A stretch of 64,000 nt of DNA from Octopus sinensis (Eukaryota): positions 135,408,001-135,472,000 of the forward strand of contig NC_043000.1 in assembly GCF_006345805.1 (NCBI RefSeq), in the 5' to 3' direction. The notes under the pieces were generated by a model that was not told where the DNA came from, ran no database searches, and saw only the letters and a list, made by a program, of their open reading frames with translations. Positions within the stretch are counted from its first letter, which is position 1. Each line of letters starts with the position of its first letter. Position numbers and translations under genes: made by a program. Of the stretch, positions 38,720 through 52,345 are shown one piece after another.

Positions 38720-38766
38720 ACTACCACCACCACCACCACCACCCCACCACCACCACCACCACCACC

Positions 38767-38812
<46 letters not shown>

Positions 38813-38835
38813 CCACTATCATCATCATCATCATT
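38720..38835. repeat. (CCA)n-(TCA)n compound microsatellite
   Basis: Directly visible. Confidence 0.9.
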
Positions 38836-39204
38836 CTCTTTATAATTTTAACCATTGTCTCTTAAGTGGTTAATATAGATTTACCAGCGAAATGGTTCGG
38901 CGACATTTCTTCTGGTTTTATGATCTGCGTTCAAATTCCCCCGAGATCGACTTTGTCTTTCAACATTTCGGGGTCGATAAAATAAATACCAGTTGAATAC
39001 TGGTGTTCATTTTAATCAACTATCGATCTCCCCTGGCCTTGTGCTAAAATCTGAAACAATTATTGACTCCAAGTGCTTGATTTAGATGTGTTCTTACAAA
39101 ATCGTTAGTGCGGGAAGGACAAACTGTCTTGCTGTATTTAGTAATGAACCGTTCGCATCCTGAATTCAAATATCATGAAAATCAACTTTGCACTTTCATC
39201 TTTC

Positions 39205-39747
39205 TATTGGGTTGTCCGAAAAGTTCGTGCCGATTTTTAAAGGAAAGAAAAAGGTCAATAAATACTTGCCATTACATTTTTAATCAACCAAATATGAACC
39301 ATTTTGTTGCAAAATGCGTCTCCATCTTTCCTTTAACCTGAAAATACCCTCTTCCCAGAATTGAGGGGGTTTCAGTGCAAAGAATTCATCAAGGTATCTT
39401 TTTACGTCATCTAAGGAATTGAAATTTTTACCATTAAGACTATTCTGCTGAAACCTGAATAAGGGGAAATCCGAAGGAGCAATATCTAGTGAATATGGAG
39501 GCTGGGGTAACACATCCCAGCCGAGCTGCAGCAATTTTTGTCTGGTTCCCAAAGCATCAAGGGCCAAAAATGAACTTTCTTATCTTCCATTTTAAAGGGT
39601 TACAGAATTAACACAGGTTATAGGAACATAAGCTTTCATCCACGAAAAGATAGCTTAAACTGCGCTCTAAGTGGAGGTGTAGTCAAATCCTATTTTATGG
39701 ACTCAACCATGTTCTAAAATAAGTCGAAAGGTAAGCTACTATAAATC
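39205..39747 (-). mobile_element. Internally deleted mariner
   Basis: End tattgggttgtccgaaaagttcgtgcc; ORF 39280-39567 LGWDVLPQPPYSLDIAPSDFPLF is the mariner HPPYSPDLAPSD region, joined directly to 5' non-coding sequence. Confidence 0.9.
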
Positions 39748-39929
39748 AGGGGTCAATTGCTGAGATCAATATGATCGATTATTCTCTCCATCTGTACCAA
39801 TTACAAGTGGGTTGATAGTCAATTCCTTTAATTGCTGTAATTTTTTGGTTCATTATTTTTTGTTATTCTAATTTCAGCTCTCTTCGCTTTAATATTATAG
39901 TTATTTAGTAATGGGATCTATCTTTCATT

Positions 39930-40114
39930 TTTTCCTTGTTTCAGTCATTGGACGGCGGCCATGCTGGAGCACTACCTGGAAGAGTTTAGTCGAACAAATC
40001 GACCCACGTGCTTATTTTTTTAGTCTAGTTCTTATTCTATCTTTCTCTTCTGTTGAACCGCTAAGTTTCGGAGACATAAAGAAGCCGGTGTTGGTGGTGG
40101 GACAATTACGCGCG

Positions 40115-40149
<35 letters not shown>

Positions 40150-40340
40150 ACACACACACACACTCATACGTGTGTGTATGGTGGGCTTCCACGTAGTTTC
40201 TACCCACCAAATTCACTTACAAGGCATTGCTTGGCCTGTGGTTATAGTTGACAAAGCTTGTCCAAAGTGCCGCGCAGTTGCACTAAACTCGAAACTAAGT
40301 GACTGCAAAGCGATCTTCTTAACCACATAGCCACCCCTGC
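39930..40340 (-). mobile_element. Degenerate SINE family B
   Basis: Tail ttgtttcagtcattggacggcggccatgctggagcac and head remnants ending aaccacatagccac. Confidence 0.7.
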
Positions 40341-41044
40341 ATCTATGTCGACAATAAGGTATTATCATTTTTATCATTGAGAATGAAGTCAAGCTTATAA
40401 TTTGATTACCTAGGGGTCTGTCTGCGTCGTTTGTCTTTAAACAGTGGCAATTTTGTGAACATCAATATTTAAGAACATCAGTATCATGTAACTAGAATTC
40501 CCGAACTATCAATAATGACAATAAGTGTTTTACTAAATTTTGTGATATTTACAACACTTTGCTTTGTATTATATGAATATTTGATTTTTTTCCGCTTGGA
40601 GGCATTGTTGATAAATGTACATGATTAGAATTGCTAATGAGACCATGTGGGTGTAAATAAGGAAAAAAACAAAAAAAAAAAACCTATTGATACGGTGGCA
40701 AATGCAGTGATAAAAAAGCTTTCTGGAATAAATAAATGAATAAATAAACGAATGGAAATTGAACCCGTGAGTGTGTTATATTAAGGCGCTATGAATATCC
40801 TCAGACCACAAAATAAGAAAATTATATTTATCACTCGCCAAATATTATTTAAGTTTCATGACTTTTAATACGTACAATATATTGTAGTTAATGATCCACT
40901 GTTTAGTCTACGTTGTTATTTTCTACACTAAAGGCTTATTTAATTTCACAAATATGTATTCAAAGCTACAAAAATATATGCATATTTACACATGAGTACA
41001 CGATCTTTGAAACAGGTTACATTATCTAAAGGTTTCCAAGGGTT

Positions 41045-41170
41045 AGCAGGTTTAGTTTATACAAAGAACTGCGCATTTAAACAAAAAACTGCGCATTTAT
41101 CCAAAATCTGCGCATTTATACAAAAACTGTGTATTTATTAGTTTATACAAAAAACTGCGCATTTAACGCA
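41045..41170. repeat. Imperfect minisatellite of about 20 bp (ttatacaaaaaactgcgcat)
   Basis: About five to six diverged units visible. Confidence 0.7.
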
Positions 41171-41589
41171 TTCTGTGCAAAACCTATATATGTTCATAAT
41201 AAGCAATTCGAAGCAAAAGTTTCTGAAGTACAATATTTCTTGTATAGACATGAGGAAGCACTTTCTGAGTTTTCAATCTGTAATTTCAAAATATTTCTGT
41301 TTTTCTTTGTTATGTTTAAATTAAGAAATACATGCATACAGTGTAATAATTAAATATGCTAAAGACGAATACATGATACCTCTCAGTAAGCTGAATATAT
41401 AAGATAATAGTGGAATATAGTGAAATATATGAAATAAAATAATTGATAGGGGAATAAATGTATATTGTAGTAAGGTATATGGTAAACTGTGACAGCTGCT
41501 CATTTTGCGCCATTAATATATTTTGACAATCTTTATTTTTTGAGCTTTATAAAGTATTTATAAATCGTTTTTGTTATTTTTGTTTAGAG

Positions 41590-41940
41590 ATGGCTAAGTC
41601 GGAAATTCGTACAGTTTGGAAATATGAGTTCTTTCTTGGAAATACAGCATCACAGACAGCTCGGAATATTAATGGAGTATTTCATTCTAATAACATAGCA
41701 AATCGGAAACAGCAACGTTTGGAAGCCTGCATTATGCTACTTTCCAGTCGCAAAAATGAATCATTTTTTAATCGAATTGTAACATGTGATGAGAAATGGA
41801 TCCAATACAACAACCGTAAACGTTCAGAACAATGGTTGGGCAAAGACGAGCCACTAAAACACAGTCCAAAAAGTAAAATTCATCAAAAGAAGGTGATGGT
41901 GTGCGTTTGGTGGTCTGGTGCAGGGGTGATCCATTTCTAT
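41590..41940 (+). mobile_element. Mariner transposase 5' fragment with internal deletion
   Basis: MAKSEIRTVWKYEF...RIVTCDEKWIQYNNRKRSEQW...QKKVMVCVWW, Hsmar1-like. Confidence 0.85.
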
Positions 41941-42190
41941 TCCCAGTTCCTTTTGAAGCCTTCTGATACTGTTTCCAAGGACCCAACAATAATTGGCAGT
42001 ATCTTCACCATCTTCATTTTTCACAATCTAGCTACCTCGTATATAGTAGGGTTGTATATGTCTATTTTTTCGTCTTCCTTCTTGACTATTCATGGGCCAC
42101 AGGTTCACAGTATATTAAGAGAATCTGTAAGACGTTGGAAAACATGTTTTGCAGTATATAATCTGGCTCTTTACGCTCTTATCACAAATC
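41941..42190 (-). mobile_element. R4/Dong-like RLE domain fragment
   Basis: Minus strand IVKKEDEKIDIY...YEVARL*KMKMVKILPIIVGSLETVS, similar to the elements at 54811-56558. Confidence 0.6.
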
Positions 42191-42856
42191 GATAACATAA
42201 GATACCAGTCAAGGACAGGGGTCAATATAATCGACTATCTCCGATATTTGGCTTTGTGTTTTTGTTTAGAATAACTATTATAATTGTTGTAGTGGTCGGC
42301 GTATTCGTTGACCCCCTGCTCCTCCTGCTCCTGCTCCTCCTCCTCCTCCCCTCCTCCTCCACCTCATCATCATCACCATGATCATCTTCGTCGTCGTTAT
42401 TGGCTTTCAGTATTTCTTGCAAGCAACTTTCTTTTTTTTTTTTTTGCCCGTAATAATCAATCTTTAGTCTTTATTTTCATTGAATAGTTTGCTAATTTTA
42501 CACCAAGAATAAATGAGCAGATGATGAAATGGAGACAAAATTAAGAATGGTCTATAACATAAAAAAATCAACAGCCAAAAAAAAAAAAAAAACAATATCA
42601 AAATAACAACAGCGGTACACAGAAGATTAAAGCCTTACAAATACCGGAAACAGGAGATAAGCAGTGAAGTCTCATAAATTAAAAGAAATATAAGTAGAGT
42701 AGAAAAGGCGAATAGATAATAGACCGACATATATGCTCATATGGCTAACACACACACACACACACAGAGCTATATACACATGCATACATGTTTATGTATA
42801 TATATGTGTGTGCATGCGTCTGTGTATGTATATGCATATGTGTGTGTGTGTGTGTT

Positions 42857-42906
<50 letters not shown>

Positions 42907-42997
42907 TGTGTGTGTGTATATATATATCATCCATATTATACACCGTATACATAATATACACATATATATTTACCCTTATATTTGTATATAATATATA

Positions 42998-43035
<38 letters not shown>

Positions 43036-43466
43036 GCAAGCATACAAGCATACATACATGCATGCTTATATACATACACACATATATACATACACATTTG
43101 TATGTGTATGTATATATATATATATATTATATATATATATTATATATATATATATATAGGTGAGTGTGTGTATATATATATATATATATATATGTGTGTG
43201 GGTGTGTTTGTGTGTGTGTACGTGCGTGTGCGCGTGTTTGTACGTGTGTGTGTGTGTGTGTGTGTGTGTGCCCTAGAAGTAGCTACAGAGAATTGTCGGT
43301 TATTTTGAAAACAGTAAAGGATGGTTGGAAGCTAATAACGAACCATGAAATATATAATTTCTTTTAAAATAGTATTTAGTGTGACATACACAGATTTATA
43401 AGTATAAATACATACAAACGCACACACACACACACACACACACCCACCCACCCACACAATATATAT

Positions 43467-43693
43467 AGGCAGCGAGCTGGCATAAACGTTAGCACGCTGG
43501 GCGAAATGCATAGCCGTATTTCGTCTGCCGTTACGTTCTGAGTTGAAATTCCACCGAGGTCGACTTTGCCTTTCATCCTTTCGGGGTCGATAAATTAAGT
43601 ACCAGTTACGCACTGGGGTCGATATAATCGACTTAATCCGTTTGTTTGTCCTTGTTTGTCCCCTCTGTGTTTAGCCCCTTGTGGGTAGTAAAG

Positions 43694-43697
<4 letters not shown>
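43467..43697 (+). mobile_element. SINE family A, full length
   Basis: aggcagcgagctggcataaacg...gtgggtagtaaagaaata. Confidence 0.9.
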
Positions 43698-43733
<36 letters not shown>

Positions 43734-44370
43734 CCACATTGTTTCTTTGTACCTAATTTTACTCCTGGCATTAATCGTCTCGAGGTTATAGTAGAAAAGT
43801 CTAGCTCATTCAACTAAACAGTAAGACGGAACAAAGGGCAATATGGTTCCAAAGCGAACTTTTTAACCACATAACCGTCTTGTGCCAATATTACTGACAT
43901 CACAGCTAGAATATTTCGTTTTATGGGACTATAATTTCGACTCTAGCCATATGCATTTTTTTCTCTGATATGAAAACATGTAATTAAGATTTGATAATTT
44001 TTTATCAACGTAGTCGTGAAATAAGAGAGCAATATTATAACTAGATTATGTTATCAATTTCATTTGATAGTTAAAATTGCTTGCGTTTTGGGGTAAAGAA
44101 AAATAGATAACAGCTGTCGAGGTAGAAGTGGTGACAAAGGTGTAACAACACCTACAGTTTTCAAACCTGTTACCTGCTGAGATTGCACGTTCAAAACTAC
44201 CTATGTGAACTTTTACATTATCATAAGAAACAAATATCTCACATATGTATATACACATATATATATATATATATATAGTTATATTTTTGTTTATCATATA
44301 GACAGTGTTGTGAAATGCTCAGGTTGATAACCTGAGACGTTAGATATGTATATTATATTTAAAAGGAGAA

Positions 44371-45192
44371 TTCATTTTACTCTGAAGGATCATAAGCCCA
44401 ATTCCCAATCTAAACCCTCTCTCCGGTTAATCTGTCCCACTAAGTCTAATTTTGGCAAAATTAGTAAAACAATTATAGATAGAATTTTACCCCAAGTTAA
44501 GGATAGTGTAGGGCTCCCTTTCTGGAGTTCTACTGGTGACGTAATCACATGGTTTCACTCCCTCAACGACAAACATCACATTAATTTCATCCAATTTGAT
44601 ATATCTGATTACTTTGCATCAATATCACCCATCCTATTGGGTAAAGCATTAATCTTTGCCCGAAACTATGCAACCATTTTGATAGCTAGAAAAACTCTCA
44701 TCAACTTTAATGATAATGATATAACAGGGGGCTCATCTGACTCAGCACAAATAACAGACCTTGTGGGCTTATTTCTCCTCTCGCAAATAAAGCAATATTT
44801 TCCCAAAGTCTCCAGTGGTCTCTATAGAGACGATGCATTTTTCGCAACTAAAGATTTATCCCGTCCGGAGATCGAGCGCATTAAGAAATCTTCAATAAAA
44901 TTCTTTAAAAATTATGATCTGAATATTGTATTTGAAATTGATAATAAGGTAGCCAACTTCTTGATGTTACACTTAATCTTAATACCAATCTTCACTATCC
45001 AGACAGGAAACTCAACCAAACCATTCAGTATTTAAATATTCTCTCTAATCATCCTAGATCAACCTTCAAAAGCATGGTAACAACCATTTCTATTAGAATT
45101 TCATATTTATCTGCTAACGAGGAGGTATTCAATATCCATGCTCTATACTAAAACCAAGCTCTAAAATTAAGTGGCTTCAAAGATAAAATATC
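44371..45192 (+). mobile_element. Penelope-like element reverse transcriptase fragment (pseudogene)
   Basis: ORF 44346-45035: TLKDHKPN, RLICPTKS, FIQFDISDYFASI, SAQITDLVGLFLL, GLYRDD; continues after a frameshift as YLNILSNHPRS...ALKLSGF. Small internal deletions. Confidence 0.85.
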
Positions 45193-45830
45193 CGTGATAC
45201 AATAAAATGTAAGCACACCATACCTGATATAATAATTTGGGATAGAGAAGAGACACTGTGCACAGTTGTGGAAATTGGCTGCTCAGTGGATGTTAACATA
45301 AAGCTGAAGATCAGTGAAAAAGAGAACACCTATGCTGACCTATTTAGAAATCTGAAGTTACTCTATCCAGATTACAAGTTCAGGTTTATACCTGTAATTA
45401 TTGGGGCCCTAGGATATGTAACACATTGTCTAAGTACCAATCTTGAGAAATTAGACATCTCAAAACCAGAAAGGAAAAAGTTAGTTCGAAGACTACAGAT
45501 CCAATCCATCATCGAAACTGTAAAAATCTGTAAAACTTTCCAGAAGTTTATCATTTAAATATATATGAGCATGTCTAGATAATCAACTATGTGCATGAGA
45601 ATACAGACATAAAACATACAAATCTACACATAATACATACATACATACATACATACATACATACATACTACATACATACATACATACATACATACATACA
45701 TACATACATACATACATACGTACGTACATACATACATACATACATACATACAAACAAACAAAAATTCTCTGTTTTTGATGTTGAAATAAACTGAATAATG
45801 ACAATACATACATAAATAATATAGAAACTT
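45193..45830 (+). mobile_element. R4/Dong-like RLE LINE 3' end associated with (TACA)n
   Basis: KCKHTIPDIIIWD...VVEIGCSVD...IPVIIGALG...KICKTFQKFII* (PD..E nuclease signature), followed by a 3' UTR containing (TACA)n. Confidence 0.8.
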
Positions 45831-46046
45831 TATTTGTGCATTAAGACTACCATTGGTTTCGTGTTAAGGAATACATCAACAGTTATCAAACCCATCACAT
45901 GGAACATCGGTGTTCGTCTCTATTTTGGATTTAAAAACCCCAAAAGGAGACGAACACCAATGTTCGATACGATAGGCTTGATAATTGTTGAGACAGTTTC
46001 GTAGTGAAACCAATGGTTGCCTTAATACACAAATAAAGAATCTCTA
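45822..46046. mobile_element. Old imperfect fold-back (MITE-like) element
   Basis: ctttatttgtgcattaagactaccattggtttc pairs with gaaaccaatggttgccttaatacacaaataaag; inner acatcggtgttcgtctc pairs with gagacgaacaccaatgt. Confidence 0.75.
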
Positions 46047-47291
46047 CTCACCAATGCGGTGCTAAGCACTCGTTCACATTGTTCGATATTTACGCGCGCA
46101 CACACGCACACTCACACACACACAAATACACATACACACATTTGCATGCATGTGCATGTTTAATTTTTTCTGCTTAAAACCAGTGATAGTGACGTGCTGT
46201 AGAATATCGGTTCGACAAATAGATATTGCAAAAATTAAGCACCAGACTGAAAAATAATTACTGCAGTTATTTTGTTCCACTGAACCGTTAATTGTGATGT
46301 CTTGGCACGGCCGCAATCCAATATTTGGCGAAAAACTAAACATAATTTCATATATTTATTTATATTCTTATATTTATAACAATAACCTTAAGATATTTAC
46401 AAATGTATTTGACACGACTGATTCCTTAGCTACACTCTCACTTTAGCTTATATTTATATTTATACACGCGCATGCACACATACTGACATACATAAGTATA
46501 TACAGAATATCTTAACATTTTTTCTGTACTTGTAGCAAAATAGTTATTTTATGTAGTGAGATATAATTCTGTAGCAAAAGAATTATTTTATCTGCTGAGA
46601 TACATTTCAAAAACAAGTCACACAAACGCAGATAAATAGATAGACAGATAAATAGATAGACAGATAAATAGATAGATAGAGAAAGTAATCAAGTGAGATA
46701 ACTAAAGATGCAGTGACGTCACAGTCTATGCTATGTCTAGACATTTTGCCTTCTCCTCCGTCTTTCTCTAAATCTCTACACTCTTCACTTTCCCATCTTT
46801 CTCTTGCATGTTTCTCATTATGTTTATCTCCATCTATACGTCTCTCTCCCCACTCTCACACCCAGCTTCTTTTTCCGTCTGAATTACTTCCCTTGGCGTT
46901 ATGCAACATGGAAGTAGGCAAGGATGTACTTTGTATTAAAAAGAACCAGTCGTTACGCCTGAACACGTATGGCTTGGTAACATGTACTATTCTTCCCCTA
47001 GCTTTTGATATCTATATAACCGGGAGCAGATATAGATACCCACTCGAAGCTGCCACCCTTAACCCAGCGGAATATCCTGGATGTGACAAGTAGAGTGAGA
47101 GGGAGCTGCACCAATGGTTGGATGGTATTTATTTTTAGCTTAATTGACTGTAGCAACGTGAAATGAAATGCTTTACTCAAGGATACAAAGCTACGTCCGA
47201 TCCGGAAATTGAACCGACAATATTATGACTAACTTCGAGACTATACGCCGCTGCCGCCGCCGGTAGAGGGGTAGAAAATGTCATACAGCTC

Positions 47292-47514
47292 AAGGTGGCA
47301 AGCTGGCAGAAACGTTAGCACGCCGGACGAAATGCTTAGCAGTATTCCGTCCGCCGCTGCGTTCTGAGTTCAAATTCCGCCGAGGTCGACTTTACCTTTC
47401 ATCCTTTCGGGCTCGATAAATTAAGTACCAGTTACGCACGGGGTCGATGTAATCGACTTTGTCTGTCCTTGTTTGCCACCGCTATGTTTAGCCCCTTGTG
47501 GGTAATAAAGAAAT
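47292..47514 (+). mobile_element. SINE family A
   Basis: Full head and tail match. Confidence 0.88.
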
Positions 47515-47664
47515 TAGAAAGTGTCGTACTGTGTTTAGTTAACTTCTGAAGTTCAAACTTCCACTTTGTCCTTCATTGTTCAATGGGTCGATAAAATATG
47601 TACCAGAGATATAGTGAGATCGATATAATCAATTATGCCTCCTCTCCCTTCAAATTGTGGTCTT

Positions 47665-47874
47665 CGGTGAGCTGGCAGAATCGTTAGCACGCTGAAAGAC
47701 AAATGCTTAGCGGTATTTCGCCCGTCGCTACGTTTTGAGTTCAGATTCCGCCGAGGTCGACATTGCTTTCCATCCTTTCGTGGTCAATGAAATAAGTACC
47801 CGTTAAACACTGGGGTCAATGTAATCGATTTATCTCTCCTCTGAAATTGCTGGCCTTGTGCCAAAATTTGAGCC
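47665..47874 (+). mobile_element. SINE family A (alternative-tail subfamily)
   Basis: gagctggcagaatcg...gaaattgctggccttgtgccaaaatttgag. Confidence 0.85.
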
Positions 47875-47875
47875 A

Positions 47876-48060
47876 TTATTATTATTATCAATATTGGTTT
47901 AACTCAGGTTCTGTCTGAGTTAACTTATTATTGATTTAATTCAGATTCTGCAACCCGCATAAATCCTGGTAGGATTAATGTGGGTGGCAAGTTACTATCT
48001 GCAACCTTAGGTATCTACAAGCTTTCAATTGACTTTCAAGTGCTTAAACCCCTCCATATT
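47876..48060 (-). mobile_element. Old 3' UTR remnant of the RLE LINE family found at 54811
   Basis: gtaggattaatgtgggtggcaagttactatctgcaaccttaggtatctacaag aligns with 54844-54897; short (AAT)n tail. Confidence 0.7.
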
Positions 48061-48515
48061 TTATGACGTCATGTGATGACAATCGATAATTCGTCTAAGA
48101 AAATCACTTGTAGTCTATAGTTGGTTCCCTTTATGTACTAAGTTCAAATCCCAGCGTAATTAATTTTGCATCTCACCCTGATGAGAGTCGATGTAATAAG
48201 TACTTGGCAAGTACTAGGTTCAATGCAGTCGAACGATTCTTGTCTGGAGTAAAAACATTGAAAACTACTAAATCAAAAATTACCTGTTTTATTTCATTAA
48301 ATTTAATAATAATTTACAGACTCTCCGCCCTTTTTCTGTTTCCATATATTACTCTCTTGCCCCTCCTCAATTCTCTCTGAAACATTCTTCTAAATTTGTA
48401 TGTTCCTTTTCTTATTCTTTTTATTTTCCATTTCAGCTGCATTTCCATAGCAACAAATACCCACTGTAGATTTTCGGCTTGTATATCTCTCGCCCCCTTA
48501 TTTTATAGCTTTCAG

Positions 48516-48527
48516 AAACCTTGACGG
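48516..48527 (+). CDS. Candidate 12-nt microexon
   Basis: cccttattttatagctttcAG|AAACCTTGACGG|GTGAGT; frame-preserving and open in phase 1 or phase 2; unique flanking sequence. Confidence 0.45.
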
Positions 48528-48710
48528 GTGAGTGCAAATAAAGGAATAAACGCTGTCAAATTGCAAATATAACTGCCATATTGCATAAAGATGTAGCCAG
48601 ACAATCATTTGTTGAACGTCATGTTGAAGCCAGCTGTGGGCGTCAGTAGTCAGTAAAGTGGGCAACTTGCGCAGAACACGGAGCCTCCATTATACAAGGT
48701 TTATGTTCTC

Positions 48711-48760
<50 letters not shown>

Positions 48761-49122
48761 CATATATATATATACATATATATGTATATAAATATATGTA
48801 TATATATATATACACACACAAAAATATATATAAAACATATATATGTATATATACATGCATATATGGATACAGGACACCAATGTATGTATATGTATATGGA
48901 TTTATTAATGTACAAGTTTTTAACCATTCATAACGAACAAATTAGATTGGAAGTGAGAAAGAATTTTGGGTTTTGGTCTACATCCATTTCTCTCTCCGCG
49001 CTGTCTTCCTCACCCCATTCGATTTAGTTAACCATATTTACCATATTTTGTGACAGTTGGGTAAAAATTCTCATGCATTAAATGTACTCACCCTTAACTC
49101 GTTTGTGTCGTAATTTGGTTAG

Positions 49123-49162
<40 letters not shown>

Positions 49163-49222
49163 TTATATACATACATATACATATATATACACATGTATAT
49201 ATATGTATATATTTATATATAT

Positions 49223-49311
<89 letters not shown>

Positions 49312-51500
49312 ATATATACGTATGTATGTCCGTGTGTGCGCTCGCATGTGTGTGATAAATTGTTTAGAAATTGGCGGAGGTAGAATTTAGTGAACCCGTT
49401 AACCAGTTTAAGTGGTGTCTGCAATTTTGTACTTTACTAATTAGATCTGTAACATAGAAAGAGTTCTTTCACGTCATGTGTTACTTCAAGAAATGAAATA
49501 TATATTTCATACAATTTTTGTGGAGATTATTACCATAGATTTTATCCAATTTCAAACATAAATATATATTCTAAGTGGGCCGGCTGAAACTTTACATTAC
49601 CAGATTAAATATATACCTTTTTAGTCCTTTTACATTTTAAGCCGAATTTTGAAGAGATCGATGGTGATAAAAACATATATCATAGGCATACAGATATCAA
49701 TTTATTTAAACATATCCTTTACCTACAAAACTTGACCTTGTCCTCGTCCAAAGAAATTCCTAGTTATTACTCATCAACAAAAAAAACAAAAAAGAAAAGA
49801 AAACAAAAAAAAAAAACGAAATATAACAAAAAGCAGCTTCTACCTTCAGCATAAAATTACGGTAGAATACAATAAAATGTGCATTTATAACAATGCAAAA
49901 TGCAAAATGCGAAAAAAAAAATTAATTAATAAAAAAAAAGTAAATAAAATATAAAAAAAACGAAATAAGATTCAGAAGTTAGAATTTTTGCATCCAGAAA
50001 TTTGAACCACTGAATAGAGAAACAATAAACAATTTCATTTTTTAATTAGAAAAACTTCACTTGTTTGCAGGAGATATGGATTTCACAGCATCCCTTATTC
50101 ATACTGTAAAACTCAACAAGCAACAGTTAATCATGTGTCGAATATTCCCTCAAAATAAAGATGATGGTTGTACGGAAATTAAGCGGAAAGTGTAAATAGA
50201 TACCAGATATCCTCAGGATTATTATGCTTTGTATGTCTCCCTCTCCGTCTCCCGCTCTCTATCTGTTTGTCTCTGTTTCTCTGGAAAATGTGACGGTGAA
50301 TCACTCTTGGCCTTTGAATCGATGATCTAGCAACCGTAGTAGATGCTCTATTTTAAAGGGAAGTTTAAGTTGAAAGCTTATATTAAAAAAAGAAGAATAT
50401 TCATTTTTTAAAGTGTTTCAATAATAAAACAAAAGTTTCTCATAAAATAGTGTGTGTTCTCTATCAGATAACCTGTGTTTCTTTTCTTGTTATTAATTTT
50501 ACTATAAAAATACAACAAAAGTATTGTAAAATACCACTCTCTCAGCACTGCAATGTAAGTAGAATTCCAATGAATTTTCTATCTTTGTATGTTTATCCCA
50601 TCCTATCTCTCAATCTCACTTTAATCAAAGTCCATTCAACTGATTATACGTTGCAAAAACATACAAAGGTTCTTCTACCCCAGTTATTAAGCAACAAAAG
50701 ACTTGCGAAAGAAGGATACACAGATATATCTAGAGATACAGAGAGAAGAGTGAGGAAAAAAGGGAGAGAGAGAAGGAGAAAGAGAAAGAGAGTGAGAGAG
50801 ATATAAGGGAAAGTGATAGATTGGAAGGGAAGTGCTGAAAAATGCAGGGATATGATCAAATACTAAATTAAGTGGAGTGGTTTGGTTTCTTGTCGTTGTT
50901 TACCTTTTGATAGTTATGATTGAACAGACCAATGAATAAAAGCTGTCTAGATACAGTCACCTTGTAAAACTGTAAAGTCTTGTGTCTAGAACTTCATTGT
51001 CCAATGTAAACTTTTTTTAAATTTAGGAAGCGACTTGAAGAAGGTTTGGATGCTGTTTTTCTTAAAACATTGGAAAGAAACCAAACATTTCATGAATTTC
51101 CTCCGAATTGTGATTATTTCTGTCTTTAGTAAAATGTCTCACTTCATAACATGTCGCAAGTTATATCATGCTGACGATTTCTAAAAAGAATGAAATAGTA
51201 ATATAAATAATTACCACTGACTAGAAATTTTAAGAACTTCGTAATACGTAAAAAAAACAACAAAAACAAAAATTTAAATATGTGAAATTTATGCATCTTC
51301 ATTATTCTTCAATTTCAAATAAAAATTTCTAATCCCATCAAATATGAAAAATATATCTCTCTTGTAAAAACCTATGACCATGGGGGAATCACACGTGATT
51401 AAATCTATAGAAAAAATAAAAGAATTTGTTCGACAATTATATTAAATAAAAAAAATAATAATAATGAAATTATTGTATACAGTGCTCAGGTGCACCACAA

Positions 51501-51893
51501 CTAGCAGTATCGCCCGGCGTTGCTCGGGTTTGTAAGGGAAATAACTATATAAGCATTTTTAGAGAGTTATAGCCAAAAAATAGCAAAAAAATGCATTAAA
51601 ATGGAAAAAATGATGGTAATTTTTTTAAAAATCGTTGACTCATCGTAGACATTTTTAGAGAGTTACTTCCCTTATATAATAGCGAAAAAATGCATTAAAA
51701 TGGAAAAAATGATGGTAAATTGTTTTTAAAATCGTAGACTCATCGTAGACGCGCGCTAATACCCAGAAGGGCTCGATATAAATCACGACTATAAGATACC
51801 CGGTTTTGGTTAAACTGCACCGCAAAATGTGGGAGTAGTTAGCAATCTAAATCGTAGGAGGCAGACACACAACCTTACTTTTATATGTAAAGA
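51501..51893 (-). mobile_element. Non-autonomous Helitron, copy 2
   Basis: Reverse complement of 24943-25335, with an A|T insertion site. Confidence 0.88.
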
Positions 51894-52118
51894 TTCATAT
51901 AGAATCCTCTTTGGATTTTTGGTCTTGTTGATCTTTAATTCAGGAATCCTCCTGTTTATTTAGAATGTTATTTATATCTATTTATGTAAATATAACTTAA
52001 AACAATTAATAAAAATTAAAGAAGGCACTTGACGGAGGGTGCTTTATCAGGTGATTCAGAGCATCTTTAGAAAACATTGCAGTACAGTATGATGGCAGTA
52101 CCAGATTTGGCAAAACGT

Positions 52119-52345
52119 TAGGCGGCGAGCTGGCAGAGTTGTTAGAACAGCGGTCAAAATGCTTAACGGCATTTCGTCCGTCTTTAAGCTCTAAGTTCAA
52201 ATTCCGCCGAGGCCGACTTTGCCTTTCAACCTTTCGTAGTCGATAAAATAAGTACCAATTGAATACTGGGGTCAGTGTAATTGATTTGTCCCCTTATCCC
52301 TCCTCCGAAATTGCTGGATCTTTGTTAAAAATTGAAATCAATATT
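52119..52345 (+). mobile_element. SINE family A (alternative tail)
   Basis: aggcggcgagctggcagagttg...ccgaaattgctgg. Confidence 0.82.

Noticed and set aside
50071-50200. Possible exon after ttgtttgcAG (phase-1 frame GDMDFTASLIHTVKL...)
   Set aside because: Short pyrimidine tract, no good donor before the stop, and no recognisable peptide.
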